A stretch of DNA of 64,000 nt from Paramoeba atlantica (Eukaryota; Protista; Discosea), in NCBI GenBank assembly GCA_977017575.1, contig CDRNVI010000071.1:248001-312000 (forward strand). Reading direction: 5' to 3'. Shown here piece by piece: positions 42,068 to 52,715 of this stretch. Position 1 is the stretch's first letter, and each line of letters starts with the position of its first letter. Under the pieces are notes generated by a model that saw nothing but the letters and a program-made list of their open reading frames with translations, made no database searches and was not told the origin of the DNA. A program made the translations under genes and the position numbers.

Positions 42068-42263
42068 TAGCCCAGGCTAAAATGGAACGGGGAGATACTA
42101 AAGGCAGCTTTGAAAAACCACCACAAACTGGAACGGTATCTCCCGTTAAATATTCTTTTGTTACATTAGAATGCTCTACAAACCGGGAGATACCGTTCCA
42201 GTTTTGTGGTGGTTTTCCAAAGGTGCCTTTAGTATCTCCCCGTTCCATTTTAGCCTGGGTCTA
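42068..42263. repeat. GGAGATAC foldback palindrome, copy 3
   Basis: CCCAGGCTAAAATGGAACGGGGAGATAC...GGTATCTCCCG / CGGGAGATACC...GTATCTCCCCGTTCCATTTTAGCCTGGG. Confidence 0.85.
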
Positions 42264-42374
42264 AAAGTGCTTCTGTTGAAAAAGGGGCGGAGTCGGAGGA
42301 GGAATATTTTTCTTATGTTTTTCGGAGCACAAATGCCGTGATAGCCTTCTATACTAGGTCCCAAAATATTGAAA

Positions 42375-42700
42375 TACAGTAGGGCAGACGATTTTGGAAA
42401 AATATTTTTCTTGCCATTTTTTTCGCGAAGTTGATATTTTTTTGAAAAAAAAATCTGAAAACCGAACTTGGCGGACCTGTCCTGCGGATACGCGGGGGGG
42501 TCACCCCCGGGCATGGGGGTGAAAAATACGCGCCAAGACTCCGGATACCCCTTCTGAGGGTTTGTTTCAAAAGGGAAGTGTTAGAGTATGCCGCGGCGAT
42601 GATTTTTCACCCCTCCACCTGGGGGTACCCCCCTAGTACACGCAGGAGTTATTAATATTTTGTTTTTCAATTTTGGACCGCCGGAGCCCCCTTTTATACC
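42375..42700 (+). repeat. Dispersed repeat family A, copy 3
   Basis: Same core as 11860-12135, with an altered internal segment. Confidence 0.8.
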
Positions 42701-42894
42701 GGTGTAACGGTTATTAGGGATAAAAGTAATTAAGGCAGAACGAATTTAAAAATTAAGTATTGCCTTAATTAAAGTTGCCATAATTAAAGTTGTCTTAATT
42801 TTAGAGCGGGGGGGCACGCGTCTGTGGTGATCGGCAGAATATGGCAGAAATGGGCAATAATCTGCTGTTAATGAGCACTAGCGGAGAAAAAAAG

Positions 42895-43779
42895 TCACAT
42901 GTAGAAAAAAAAAGACCAGCCGTTTACTTTCAACTTTCCGTTCACGCACTCCGTGAGGAATTTCCTTTTTTCTTCCCGATCGTCGTCTTCAATTCCTAGT
43001 CTGTTAGCTCGACACTTTAGTTCAACCTTTAACTGGTTGTTCATGCTTTCTACGGTGTTCGTAGAAACACCTTCGCTCGTAACCCACTCTACTCGGTGGT
43101 TTATAAATTTGTGGTTCACAAGGGAACCGAGTGCCAATCTCGCACGCCATCCGTCAGTCTTGACCACAGTGCGCGTCCCAGCGGCCAAATGCAGCACATG
43201 GAGCGTCATTGTAGACTCCGATCGATTCGCTAGGCTCTTTACAAACACTTCCTGTGCCTGATCGGTCACATTAGTTACCACCAAAGTGTGGAACCATCGA
43301 TGGCCCTGCTTGCGCACGGCATGGCTGCGATTACATCCCCCCCTCTTCACCTTACTTGTACAGGTCTCATCTTTTTGCATATAATTGACGGTTCCTCCTG
43401 CATTAAGCCAACGAATATCGTGAGCTTGTGACACTAATAATATTATTTCTTGAGAGAAACGAGTAACGGTCTTGACGTTCACCTTTGCTTCGTTAACAAT
43501 AAACTTGTGTGGCAATGCTTCTGCTATACCGTACGCCGTCTCCGTTTGCTGAACAAGGGTCCTTCCTTCCAGAATTTCGCTCGACAAGCGTGTCTATCAG
43601 TACAAAGCCAGTAGTTCCCTTTCTGTTGCAACTTCCTCTATGTGACAGGATTTCCGCTTCGCGGGGCATTTTTTTTTGGACCGGAAGTATAAAAGGGGGG
43701 TGCTGATTTTTCGTCTGGATGAAAACGGAAGCATAAAGGTGGGGGGTGACCCCCCTGAAGCATAAAGGGGGGGTGACAG
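42895..43779 (-). mobile_element. Decayed Merlin (IS1595/IS1016-like) DDE transposase with an upstream TIR-like end
   Basis: QKDET, NRSESTM, VKTDGWRA, HKFINH and TNTVES..QLK motifs. The 5' part has stops and a frameshift (MP-KRKSCHIEEVATERELLALY**). The end at 43779 reads TA|CTGTCACCCCCCCTTTATGCTTC. Confidence 0.85.
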
Positions 43780-43979
43780 TATTTACTAGATTAGAAAGAT
43801 CGTCAAAAAACAGAGAAAAGGAATAAGAACGATAAACTATCCATTTCCTCCGAAATTACATATTTTTTATATTTAGAGCTAAGTGAATTTTGATTAAGAA
43901 GTCTTTTTTGTTTGGTACATGCAAATCTTAGCGATAATAGAAATCAAAAAACAAAGCTCAGCCTTTTTTCTAAGGCCAT

Positions 43980-46028
43980 TTACTGGCGCAGCGGCTTAGC
44001 AACCTTTTCACGTTTTTTTCCAATATCAACGTGATACATACTTTCTTTCATACGATGACTAAACCTCTCATCAATCGAACCAATTTCTCGAGCTGCGCGG
44101 TTCATGTCGATGGAAGAAATAGGAGTATCTTCATTAAGCTTCCCATTAAGATTTGTGGCGCTACCGAGACAGGATATTTCAGGTTGAAACTGTAGGCCTT
44201 GACGAGCTAAACGACGGGCTTGTCGTTCGATTCTATTTTCTCTTGCTTGCGCTTGTTTCTTTTGTTTGTGTAGCCTACGCTTGCGACTGCGTTTAGAAAT
44301 ATCATTTTCCGATCGTACGTCTTGCATCTGTTCATCTGAGTCAACTGTATTCTCCAGGTTATTTTTCTGAAAATTTCTATCTGGACTTTCCGCAGTATCT
44401 AAGTTGCTATTTCGAATTATGGTTTTCAAATCCTCAGTGGAGCATGGCGTTTCTACTCTTGTTTCCGTTTCTTCAACATTTTCGGTCTTAGAACGCTGTT
44501 TTTGACGTTGTGCCTTTCGCTTAACATCTCGTCGTTCTCCAACTGTTTTTACGTTTTGCAATGCAAGATGATACATTGATTCCTCGTGGATCTTTTCCAC
44601 CACAGCATCGTCATGAGCGGTAAACTCCGTGTAAAAGTCACCATTGTTGGTGGAGTGATTAGGAAACTTGCTGACCTCACTCGATACGCTCTCTAACTCA
44701 TCAATGTAAGGCTCACTAGAAATCTTCGTTGAGGACCCGTCCTCTTGCAAATCCTTTTCATTATCGTGGTCTTTATCTTCCGTTTGATAACCTTCTAGCA
44801 GGCATGCGTATTTTTCCTTTTGAGAGCTACAAGATCTTCCCATAGTAACTTGACTTTCTTCGCTTTCAGATGCTACATAGGCATCCAAGTCACCCATTTG
44901 CATGTCTTTCATTGCAAATGCATTCTTGAGTGCAGCAGTACGCTTTAGGTCAGTCATGTCCCAAAGCAAGGAAGCCGCACTTGGAGTATTAGACATACCA
45001 GATGTTTCCCCTGTACTCGGTAAGATCCTTTCATGAGTTTGTAGTGCGGAGAGGGCAGGGGAGAGGACATATTCAAGAGGCAGAGTGTGACAATGATCAG
45101 AGACATTTTCCTCGTCAAAGTTCATTTCTTGTGGAACGTATCTTAGAAACATTACAATTCCAGCGAATTCCACTTCTCTCTCATTACATTGCTCGTATAA
45201 TTCGCTAGCTGTTGCTGGTGTGTCACATTCGATTATGGCATAGTAAAATTTTTTTCGCAGCTCACCGTATGCAATAATTTTTTCCGGATCCATATCGTTG
45301 TTGATGTCCGCCGAAGTGTCCGCCGAATGAAATTCTTCTTCATTGGGAACTTCCGATTCTTTTTTGAGGCGTTTCATTTTCAAATGCGGCCTCTCGCTCT
45401 GGATTTTAGAATTTGACTGAATGCCCTTTTCTGCACGCCAAACATTAGGAACCTGTTCCCCTTCTCGATGCTGAATCCCCACTTCACTGACATAAATTTT
45501 TACGTCTCGTACTGCTCCACCATGTGGGGTAAAAGAATGAAATAATGCAAAAAGATCAAGGGCCGTTACGTAATCCCACTCGAATTCAACTAACGCAAGT
45601 CGTGAAGTAGCCTCTATAGTTGCATCCTCCGAGGGACACTCCGTCCCATGTTCAGTGCTTGAGACTTGAGGTACCATAGCGACTGAGTTATTATCTGACT
45701 GATTCCCTGAAAACTCCCCGATAGAGTCATCATTTCCATCAGAACAGATTTCCATATGTTCCTTATGCATAGTTAAATGATTCTTAAAGCGTATGTCGGA
45801 AGCTGTGTCAAGCGAAGCGTCAGTAACATTTTTATTCACGAAATGGTTTTTCTTCGGCAATTTGCATACGCGTTTTTTGCTTTCTCGGTCATTGTATTGC
45901 ACTCGAGAGTTTGAATCACGATATAGCGTACGAAATCGGGGGTCGTGTAGCTCTCTAAAGCGATTGTCATTTGTACCACGAATTTTCCGACTGCGCTGAG
46001 TCGTCGCTTTTTGCGTAATTTCACACAT
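43980..46028 (-). CDS. ESF1: Pre-rRNA processing protein ESF1
   Basis: RLALVEFEWD..TALDLFALFHSF.P.GG.V..V.IY.SE.G and FYYAIIECD...A..LYEQC...E.E....LRYVP; N- and C-terminal D.RF motifs. Confidence 0.9.
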   Translation of the reverse strand: MCEITQKATTQRSRKIRGTNDNRFRELHDPRFRTLYRDSNSRVQYNDRESKKRVCKLPKKNHFVNKNVTDASLDTASDIRFKNHLTMHKEHMEICSDGNDDSIGEFSGNQSDNNSVAMVPQVSSTEHGTECPSEDATIEATSRLALVEFEWDYVTALDLFALFHSFTPHGGAVRDVKIYVSEVGIQHREGEQVPNVWRAEKGIQSNSKIQSERPHLKMKRLKKESEVPNEEEFHSADTSADINNDMDPEKIIAYGELRKKFYYAIIECDTPATASELYEQCNEREVEFAGIVMFLRYVPQEMNFDEENVSDHCHTLPLEYVLSPALSALQTHERILPSTGETSGMSNTPSAASLLWDMTDLKRTAALKNAFAMKDMQMGDLDAYVASESEESQVTMGRSCSSQKEKYACLLEGYQTEDKDHDNEKDLQEDGSSTKISSEPYIDELESVSSEVSKFPNHSTNNGDFYTEFTAHDDAVVEKIHEESMYHLALQNVKTVGERRDVKRKAQRQKQRSKTENVEETETRVETPCSTEDLKTIIRNSNLDTAESPDRNFQKNNLENTVDSDEQMQDVRSENDISKRSRKRRLHKQKKQAQARENRIERQARRLARQGLQFQPEISCLGSATNLNGKLNEDTPISSIDMNRAAREIGSIDERFSHRMKESMYHVDIGKKREKVAKPLRQ

Positions 46029-46282
46029 GTTCACACAAATTGCATATCTCAGTTCTTGAAAAACAAAGTTCAATAATGTTTTTTAAGTCACACGGAAATA
46101 CTCTAAACTAACTTCAAGCAAAGCGCCCTTCGCTTGAAAAAATCATACGACTTTTGTTATGACGAAAAGAATACAAACCTATAGACATAAAAGATACTTC
46201 TCGTTCGACTAAAATCTTTTACACGTAGGATCCTTAAGAAAAAGTCTTTTTACAGAAACAAATAACTCTCTTGAAAGACACC

Positions 46283-46867
46283 CTAGTGCGGATCCGGAGT
46301 GTACCCGTCCACGGCCATATTCCGTGTTGCGCTGGGTATCTCCACCACCGTCCCTTCCATATCCTTTGTGACTTTGACTTGGCACCCAAGCCGGGAAGTC
46401 GGACGCAAGTCGAACGCTAAATCCAGCAAATCCTCCTCCGCTTCACACGGCACGGGGGCCGTTGCGTAGGCCCGGGCGTCAAGGATACAGTGGCACGTGC
46501 TGCACGCCAGACTGCCCTCACACGCGGCCTCCAGACCAATATCGTGCTCCCGCGAGACCTCCAGCAGGGTCTGGCCCTCACGTGCGGTCACTGTCTTGTG
46601 CCCATCCGGCAGCTTGTTCCCTTTCCAGGTAAACGTGACGGGATCCCCTCCGCAGGTACGCTGCGAATGAGAACGTACCGAGAAAACGTATGGAGGAACA
46701 CGATGTTTTGCGGACCGCATGCCTTGTAAACAGGCATGCGCTGGGCGAGAGTGAATTCTGAATAAGGGATAGGTGCCATGGTGAGGTGCCACGGGGTGCG
46801 TTATTCCGTGCCATAAGGCTCTTTTCCAATGCGACATTGTATAACTCATCATTTTCATTCTGGACAT
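46283..46867 (-). CDS. FDX: Mitochondrial [2Fe-2S] ferredoxin (adrenodoxin/Yah1 type)
   Basis: ACEGSLACSTCH and EEDLLDLAFDL..TSRLGCQ motifs; long presequence. Confidence 0.95.
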   Translation of the reverse strand: MSRMKMMSYTMSHWKRALWHGITHPVAPHHGTYPLFRIHSRPAHACLQGMRSAKHRVPPYVFSVRSHSQRTCGGDPVTFTWKGNKLPDGHKTVTAREGQTLLEVSREHDIGLEAACEGSLACSTCHCILDARAYATAPVPCEAEEDLLDLAFDLRPTSRLGCQVKVTKDMEGTVVEIPSATRNMAVDGYTPDPH

Positions 46868-47065
46868 ATTAGGTATCTTTCTACGGATACCACAGTTTTA
46901 AAGATCTCATAGATAAAAAGATTTTTTTCCGTTCGAAGTATGAATAAAAAAGTGATTAGTCAACTAAAATAATGAGCTTGCAAAGAAAAAACTGTCGACA
47001 ACTTACAGTCAGGGGTGTATAAGTGAGTAGAAAAATAAAAAAATGGTATGAGGAATTTATGTAGA

Positions 47066-50000
47066 CTATGCCTTGGGACGTCTTTCCAACCCCCTTTTCA
47101 ATACATTTGTAGTATGCGTGACCTGCACTTTCGATGAACTATCTGTATTGCCTGTTTGCCGGGAGAAATCAGCTACCTCGCCGTCGACTGCCTTGAAGCA
47201 CGTATCGTCTTCTAGACTAGTTTCAGAGTCTTTCAACTTTGCCCGATGAGGAAATTCATCCAGTTGACATAGTACACGTAAATATTCCACGATGCTTTTA
47301 ATCCCGCGCTGCAACAAAGCCCTTAGTTGTGCGATAGGGATCGACATTGTATTAAATGGAGGCTGTTTGGTAAGTTCTTCGAGTGAATATCCATGTAAGC
47401 CTACGCCCAATAATATAGCGGACACGGAGGGACTAAGTACAACTCCAGCTTCAATCCCCTTCTCTGGGTGGTGAAACAATTTTTTGGAAAAGTACAGGCT
47501 GGCTAAGGTGGGAAGCAAGTCACGGATTATGGCAAGATCAACTCGAAGCTGCGTAAAAGAACTCATGCGAGCCATGTCAGTTGAGGACAGACGCTGTGAT
47601 ACTTCTGTCCGTGTTGCCTGCGGTACACCATCCACAGTGACCCTCGACGTCTCCTCATCATATTCCGTCAGGCGCTGCATTGCGCTTTCTAGATGGGTGG
47701 GTGTATCCACTGCTAAAGCCAGAGAGACGTCCAGGGGTAGTCCCCGAAAAACGGAAGAGACGAGCGCAAGATAGCGCTGATGAAACTCCTGTCGAAGATC
47801 ATTAAAAAGAATCCACAGATTCCTGTTTCCCACTGTCTGGACGAGAGGCTGCATCATAAGCAGTGAGTGTTCCGCCGTCATCTCGTTGGTTTGTTGGCGC
47901 AAGTAGTAAGGGGCAAAGCCGCATTTTGTCCAGAACTCAAACAAGGGGGCTGTTACACCATACACTGTCCCTATGTATGCTTGACCGCTCATTTTATGAC
48001 ATTTTGAGTCAAGTTCAACAAAAAGTGCAGCGTTTGAGGCATCAGAAGTTTCAGTCACATCAGAACTGTAATGTGCATCCCCCAAGAAAGAAGTGGATGA
48101 CTTTGAAAACTCGGAGCTGCTGCCACGTAAGTATTCAATCAATAGTGACATGGCTTTGGATCCATACCCGGAGCGTTGAAAGGCACTGTGTGTGGCAATA
48201 CGTACCACTCGTAGGCCACGTAATGCGGCTAACTCTGGTTGAAGAAAATAACTTGCAAGTGTGTAGGGTATCATATCCCCACTAGGCTTAGTGGCCTCGT
48301 CGAGGTGGCGCTGGAGCTTGTCTTGCCCCACCCCGCCTTCCTCACACAGCTGAATGACGCAATAGATGTCGCAGTGCGTGGGTTCGCCGTGCGGGACGGG
48401 ACCCGTGAGTACGAGCAAGTGGTGGGCAGGGGCGTCGCAGAGCAGTTGCAAGTCGTTGGGCTGGTTTCGGTAGTGAGCGCCAACAAGCAGTGACATCACA
48501 CGTTGGAGAAAAATTTCCGCTGTGGGCTCTGAAGAGAAGAGCACGTCCCGGTTTACGTAGTGCAGAGTGCACGAACGCGGATCCGGACTACTTTTCGGGG
48601 TGTACGTCTCCGTCGTGCACTCGAGGCAGAGTAAATTGTACAACCAACGTTCAATGGGATCGTTTAATGCATATCGTATGGGCTCTTTGAGTTCTATTTC
48701 TTGTAGGGTCCTAGACCGATGGGCCCAGGGGTCTCCGATCGCCTCCTTCTTGCGTGGCTCCTGGGTGCTCGTCTGCTTCAACTCCTTTATGAGCTTTAGT
48801 GACAGACTTCGCCCCGTTCCTTCGTATCCGCTAATAGTAGAGGACATCATAACAAGGTAGGGACCAAGTAGCTTCCTTACCATAGGCAAGGGAATTGCCG
48901 CGGCTTCTTCGACTATCACAAGTTCAGCCTGTGATGTCAGAAGCGAGTCTTGGGGAAAAATGTATTGAAGCAGTTGACGGTGATGATTTTTCCCCCGACG
49001 CAACACAACGCGAACAATACAATGTGAAAGCTCAGGAGCCGAACAGTAAAATTTCTCATAGTCGGAATGCTCAACGTAGCCCAGAGCGGTGAGACCTTTC
49101 AGCAAGAACTCGAAAAGGGTCGCAACGTTTTCTGGACTTGGAGAAGTGACAAGCATGTTTGAGTAGCCCAGATGGAAGGCACCGGCGACTGCCATACCAA
49201 GCGCCGCAGACTTTCCGCGCCCTCGCCCCGCGGTCATGGAAAGCGTGACATCGAGTGACTTCTCGGAAAGTACCTTCACTAACGTAAGAAGCGCTTTGGC
49301 CTGGTCCAAAGTCACGGAAAGCTGTGCCAATGGACCGACAAGTGCTTGTGTCTTTAAGGCCTCTTTCATTTCACGAAGCGATTTCTCCGCCGGAGTGAGT
49401 AATCCTCCACCCACTCCCTCAACAGTGGCAACATATCTCATTGATGGATCCAACGATACTGCATCAGTAATTGGAAGAACCTCAAGTCGGTCGTTGACAC
49501 AAATAAAATTCTTACAGTCCGCAAAACTGCGGACAAGTCTCCGGTTAAATCGTGGAATAACTACTGGATGAGACTCGGTGCGGTACTTTGAGTGTACTTC
49601 CATGACCAAAGTGTGGAGTTGGCGCAGTGAAGTCATCGTTCGTAGCATTAACAAAATAAGCCCTCCACCAGCCACGGTCTCGATGGTACGTGCAAGTACA
49701 TTCGGGGTTAAGGCCTCAAAATCCTGCAAGACAAGCATGGGAAAGGTGCACCCTAATATTTTTTGGGACTCCTTGTAGTAACAGTACCGAATAGAAGTTT
49801 GCGCTAGAAACGTCTCAAACGATTCGTGAGTTTCTGTCGTTACCTTTCCCGACGAAATCTCACGCCGACTTTGAGTCAGACGCTTTTTCCGCGACATTCC
49901 ACCAAACGAGAGTTCGTTCTTCATACACCATAGTACAGAAGGATTAGTCTCATTACGAGCCTTGCTCAGCATGTAGTGAAAATTCATTACCTGAGTTTTC

Positions 50001-50167
50001 GACTCGTCTCCTACTAGTGCTACAAGGCAGCGATGTTTATTGTGTACCGCTCGTTCAAGAACGCCTGGGATACGGTCATCGACTTTTACTAATTTCTTTG
50101 TCGGCTCTGACACAGTCTTTACATCTGTCTCGGTATCAGATACCCTACGTTTCCCGCTCCAACGCAT
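47066..50167 (-). CDS. NAT10: RNA cytidine acetyltransferase NAT10/Kre33
   Basis: VDDRI, VLQDFEALTPNVLARTIETVAGGG, TAGRGRGKSAALG, GYEGTGRSLSLKL, AHYRNQPNDLQLL.DAPAH and VRIAT...QRSGYGS motifs. Confidence 0.97.
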   Translation of the reverse strand: MRWSGKRRVSDTETDVKTVSEPTKKLVKVDDRIPGVLERAVHNKHRCLVALVGDESKTQVMNFHYMLSKARNETNPSVLWCMKNELSFGGMSRKKRLTQSRREISSGKVTTETHESFETFLAQTSIRYCYYKESQKILGCTFPMLVLQDFEALTPNVLARTIETVAGGGLILLMLRTMTSLRQLHTLVMEVHSKYRTESHPVVIPRFNRRLVRSFADCKNFICVNDRLEVLPITDAVSLDPSMRYVATVEGVGGGLLTPAEKSLREMKEALKTQALVGPLAQLSVTLDQAKALLTLVKVLSEKSLDVTLSMTAGRGRGKSAALGMAVAGAFHLGYSNMLVTSPSPENVATLFEFLLKGLTALGYVEHSDYEKFYCSAPELSHCIVRVVLRRGKNHHRQLLQYIFPQDSLLTSQAELVIVEEAAAIPLPMVRKLLGPYLVMMSSTISGYEGTGRSLSLKLIKELKQTSTQEPRKKEAIGDPWAHRSRTLQEIELKEPIRYALNDPIERWLYNLLCLECTTETYTPKSSPDPRSCTLHYVNRDVLFSSEPTAEIFLQRVMSLLVGAHYRNQPNDLQLLCDAPAHHLLVLTGPVPHGEPTHCDIYCVIQLCEEGGVGQDKLQRHLDEATKPSGDMIPYTLASYFLQPELAALRGLRVVRIATHSAFQRSGYGSKAMSLLIEYLRGSSSEFSKSSTSFLGDAHYSSDVTETSDASNAALFVELDSKCHKMSGQAYIGTVYGVTAPLFEFWTKCGFAPYYLRQQTNEMTAEHSLLMMQPLVQTVGNRNLWILFNDLRQEFHQRYLALVSSVFRGLPLDVSLALAVDTPTHLESAMQRLTEYDEETSRVTVDGVPQATRTEVSQRLSSTDMARMSSFTQLRVDLAIIRDLLPTLASLYFSKKLFHHPEKGIEAGVVLSPSVSAILLGVGLHGYSLEELTKQPPFNTMSIPIAQLRALLQRGIKSIVEYLRVLCQLDEFPHRAKLKDSETSLEDDTCFKAVDGEVADFSRQTGNTDSSSKVQVTHTTNVLKRGLERRPKA

Positions 50168-50200
50168 TTTAGAGAGAAGAAAAAAAAAGAAAAAATCCAA
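50168..50200 (-). promoter_or_regulatory. Polypyrimidine tract immediately upstream of the NAT10 ATG (putative trans-splicing signal)
   Basis: The minus strand reads GGATTTTTTCTTTTTTTTTTCTTCTCTCTAAAATG. The role is inferred from kinetoplastid biology. Confidence 0.4.
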
Positions 50201-50708
50201 TACGATGGCGTGCAAGTATATGATAGTGCAACTAAAACATAGTGCAAGTAAATGATACAAGCGCTAACGCATCCAAATGGGCTTCACATAACCAACCGTA
50301 TTCAAATGTATTAGACATTGTCTTAACATAATCATGCGTGTTAGATTATCGTTTTGTATTCATCTCATAAAAAAGAATACAAAAAGAAGCGAATAAGGAA
50401 TACGTCTGCTTCTGACAAGATCATTACATAATTAGACTTGCAATCGATCGTGAACAATTTCTTTAATGAACGTTTTTCATGATCCTTTTAATGAATTTTT
50501 CATTCATCAATAGTCGCGTAACCCAATGAATAAACTCGCATTCACCAAAATACACCACACCATTCTTACATTAAATTTTTATTCATCCAATCAAATAAAC
50601 ACAAACATAAACTTCAATAAATAATAACCACTCAACAAAATCTTACAGAAACACATTTAGGAAAAATAAAGAAAACAAGCAATCCGTTGGAGCAGTCCTG
50701 CCCTTGAA

Positions 50709-52715
50709 TTAGTCTACCTCTTCAACCTTGGGTCCCGAGCTCGCCGGTGGGGCCGGGGCGGCTCCCCCGGCACCTGGGAATCCCTCCGGCATTCCTCCAG
50801 GAAATCCCCCGGGCATCCCACCGGGAAACCCTCCCGGGGCTGCACCCTCCGCCCCTGGGGCGCCTCCACCCTGCTGGTACATCTTGGTCATGATGGGTGT
50901 GCATTTCTGCTCCAGCTCCTTCTGCCGCCCTTCGTACTCCTCCTTGCTCGCCTCCTGACTGGACTCAAGCCACTTGATGGTTTCCTCCACGGCATCGAGA
51001 AGGGTCTGCTTGTCGCCCGCGTCCAGCTTTCCCCCCACATTGGGGTCATTCGCGGTGTTCTTCATGCTGTACGCGTAGTTCTCGAGTCCGTTCTTCGCCT
51101 CGATACGCTCACGTTGCTTCCGGTCCTCCTCCTCGAACTTTGCGGACTCGTTCACCATGCGCTCGATCTCCTCCTTGCTGAGACGCCCCTTGTCGTTGGT
51201 GATGGTGATCTGGTTCTTCTTCCCCGTGCCCTTCTCCTCGGCGCTGACGTTCAGGATACCATTGGCATCGATGTCAAACGTGACTTCGATTTGTGGCACC
51301 CCGCGCGGCGCGGGTGGAATTCCCGAGAGATCGAATGTGCCGAGAAGGTGGCAGTCGCGTGTCATCGCGCGCTCACCCTCGAACACCTGGATATGCACCC
51401 CCGGTTGGTTGTCGCTGTACGTGGAGAAGGTCTGGCTCTTCTTGGTCGGGATCGTCGTGTTGCGCTTGATCAGGGACGTCATGACACCCCCGGCGGTTTC
51501 GATACCCAACGTCAGCGGGGCGACATCCAGGAGAAGAAGTCCCTCCGTCTGCTTACTCTTCCCGCCGGTGAGGATGTAGGCTTGCACCGCGGCACCGTAC
51601 GCCACAGCCTCGTCCGGGTTAATACTCTTGTTGAGTTCCTTTCCGCCAAAGAAGTCGGAGACGAGCTGCTGCACCTTGGGAATACGAGTCGAACCACCGA
51701 CCAGAACCACGTCGTGCACCGTGCGCTTGTCGATCTTCGCATCCGTCAGGACTTGTTCCACCGGCTTGAGTGTGGAGCGGAAGAGGTCCGCGCAAAGCTC
51801 CTCGAATCGCGCACGGGTGATGCTCGTGTAGAAGTCAATCCCCTCAAAAAGAGAGTCAATCTCCACGGAACTCTGAGCCGCGGAAGACAGAGTACGCTTG
51901 GCTCGCTCGCACGCGGTGCGAAGACGGCGTAGTGCTCGCTGGTTCTGCGACAGATCCTTCTTGTGCTTTCGCTTAAATTCCTCGACAAAGTGGTTCACGA
52001 GACGGTTGTCAAAGTCCTCACCACCGAGATGGGTGTCTCCCGCCGTGGCCTTGACCTCGAAGATTCCACCATCGATGGTGAGCAGAGTGACGTCAAAGGT
52101 GCCGCCTCCGAGATCAAAGATGAGTACGTTCCGTTCTTGTTGGTCCGAGATCTTATCCAGGCCGTACGCAATCGCCGCCGCCGTGGGCTCGTTGATGATT
52201 CGAAGCACTTCCAGTCCGGCAATCGAGCCCGCGTCCTTCGTGGCCTGTCGTTGGGAGTCGTTGAAGTACGCCGGGACGGTGACCACCGCCTTCTTGACCT
52301 CCTTACCGAGATATGCCTCCGCAATCTCCTTCATCTTAATCAACACCATGGAGCTAATCTCCTCCGGCGTGAAGGTCTTTGCCTCGCTCTTGTACTGGAC
52401 CTCCATCACGGGCTTCTCGTCCCCCTGGGAACGTACCTTAAAGGGCCAGTGCTTCATGTCGCTCTGAACAACGGAGTCGGAGATCTTACGCCCGATTAAC
52501 CGCTTCGCATCAAACACACTGTTGGTCGGATTCATCGCTACCTGGTTCTTCGCGGCATCCCCAATCAGACGTTCAGTGTCCGTGAAGGCCACGTAGGACG
52601 GAGTCGTGTAGTTCCCCTGGTCATTCGCAATGATTACCACACGCTCGTTCTGCCACACCCCAACACAGGAGTAGGTGGTCCCGAGATCGATACCAATAGC
52701 TCCTTCGTACGTCAT
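50709..52715 (-). CDS. HSP70: Cytosolic heat shock protein 70, copy 1
   Basis: [35 protein letters not shown]-type repeats and terminal EEVD. Confidence 0.99.
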   Translation of the reverse strand: MTYEGAIGIDLGTTYSCVGVWQNERVVIIANDQGNYTTPSYVAFTDTERLIGDAAKNQVAMNPTNSVFDAKRLIGRKISDSVVQSDMKHWPFKVRSQGDEKPVMEVQYKSEAKTFTPEEISSMVLIKMKEIAEAYLGKEVKKAVVTVPAYFNDSQRQATKDAGSIAGLEVLRIINEPTAAAIAYGLDKISDQQERNVLIFDLGGGTFDVTLLTIDGGIFEVKATAGDTHLGGEDFDNRLVNHFVEEFKRKHKKDLSQNQRALRRLRTACERAKRTLSSAAQSSVEIDSLFEGIDFYTSITRARFEELCADLFRSTLKPVEQVLTDAKIDKRTVHDVVLVGGSTRIPKVQQLVSDFFGGKELNKSINPDEAVAYGAAVQAYILTGGKSKQTEGLLLLDVAPLTLGIETAGGVMTSLIKRNTTIPTKKSQTFSTYSDNQPGVHIQVFEGERAMTRDCHLLGTFDLSGIPPAPRGVPQIEVTFDIDANGILNVSAEEKGTGKKNQITITNDKGRLSKEEIERMVNESAKFEEEDRKQRERIEAKNGLENYAYSMKNTANDPNVGGKLDAGDKQTLLDAVEETIKWLESSQEASKEEYEGRQKELEQKCTPIMTKMYQQGGGAPGAEGAAPGGFPGGMPGGFPGGMPEGFPGAGGAAPAPPASSGPKVEEVD

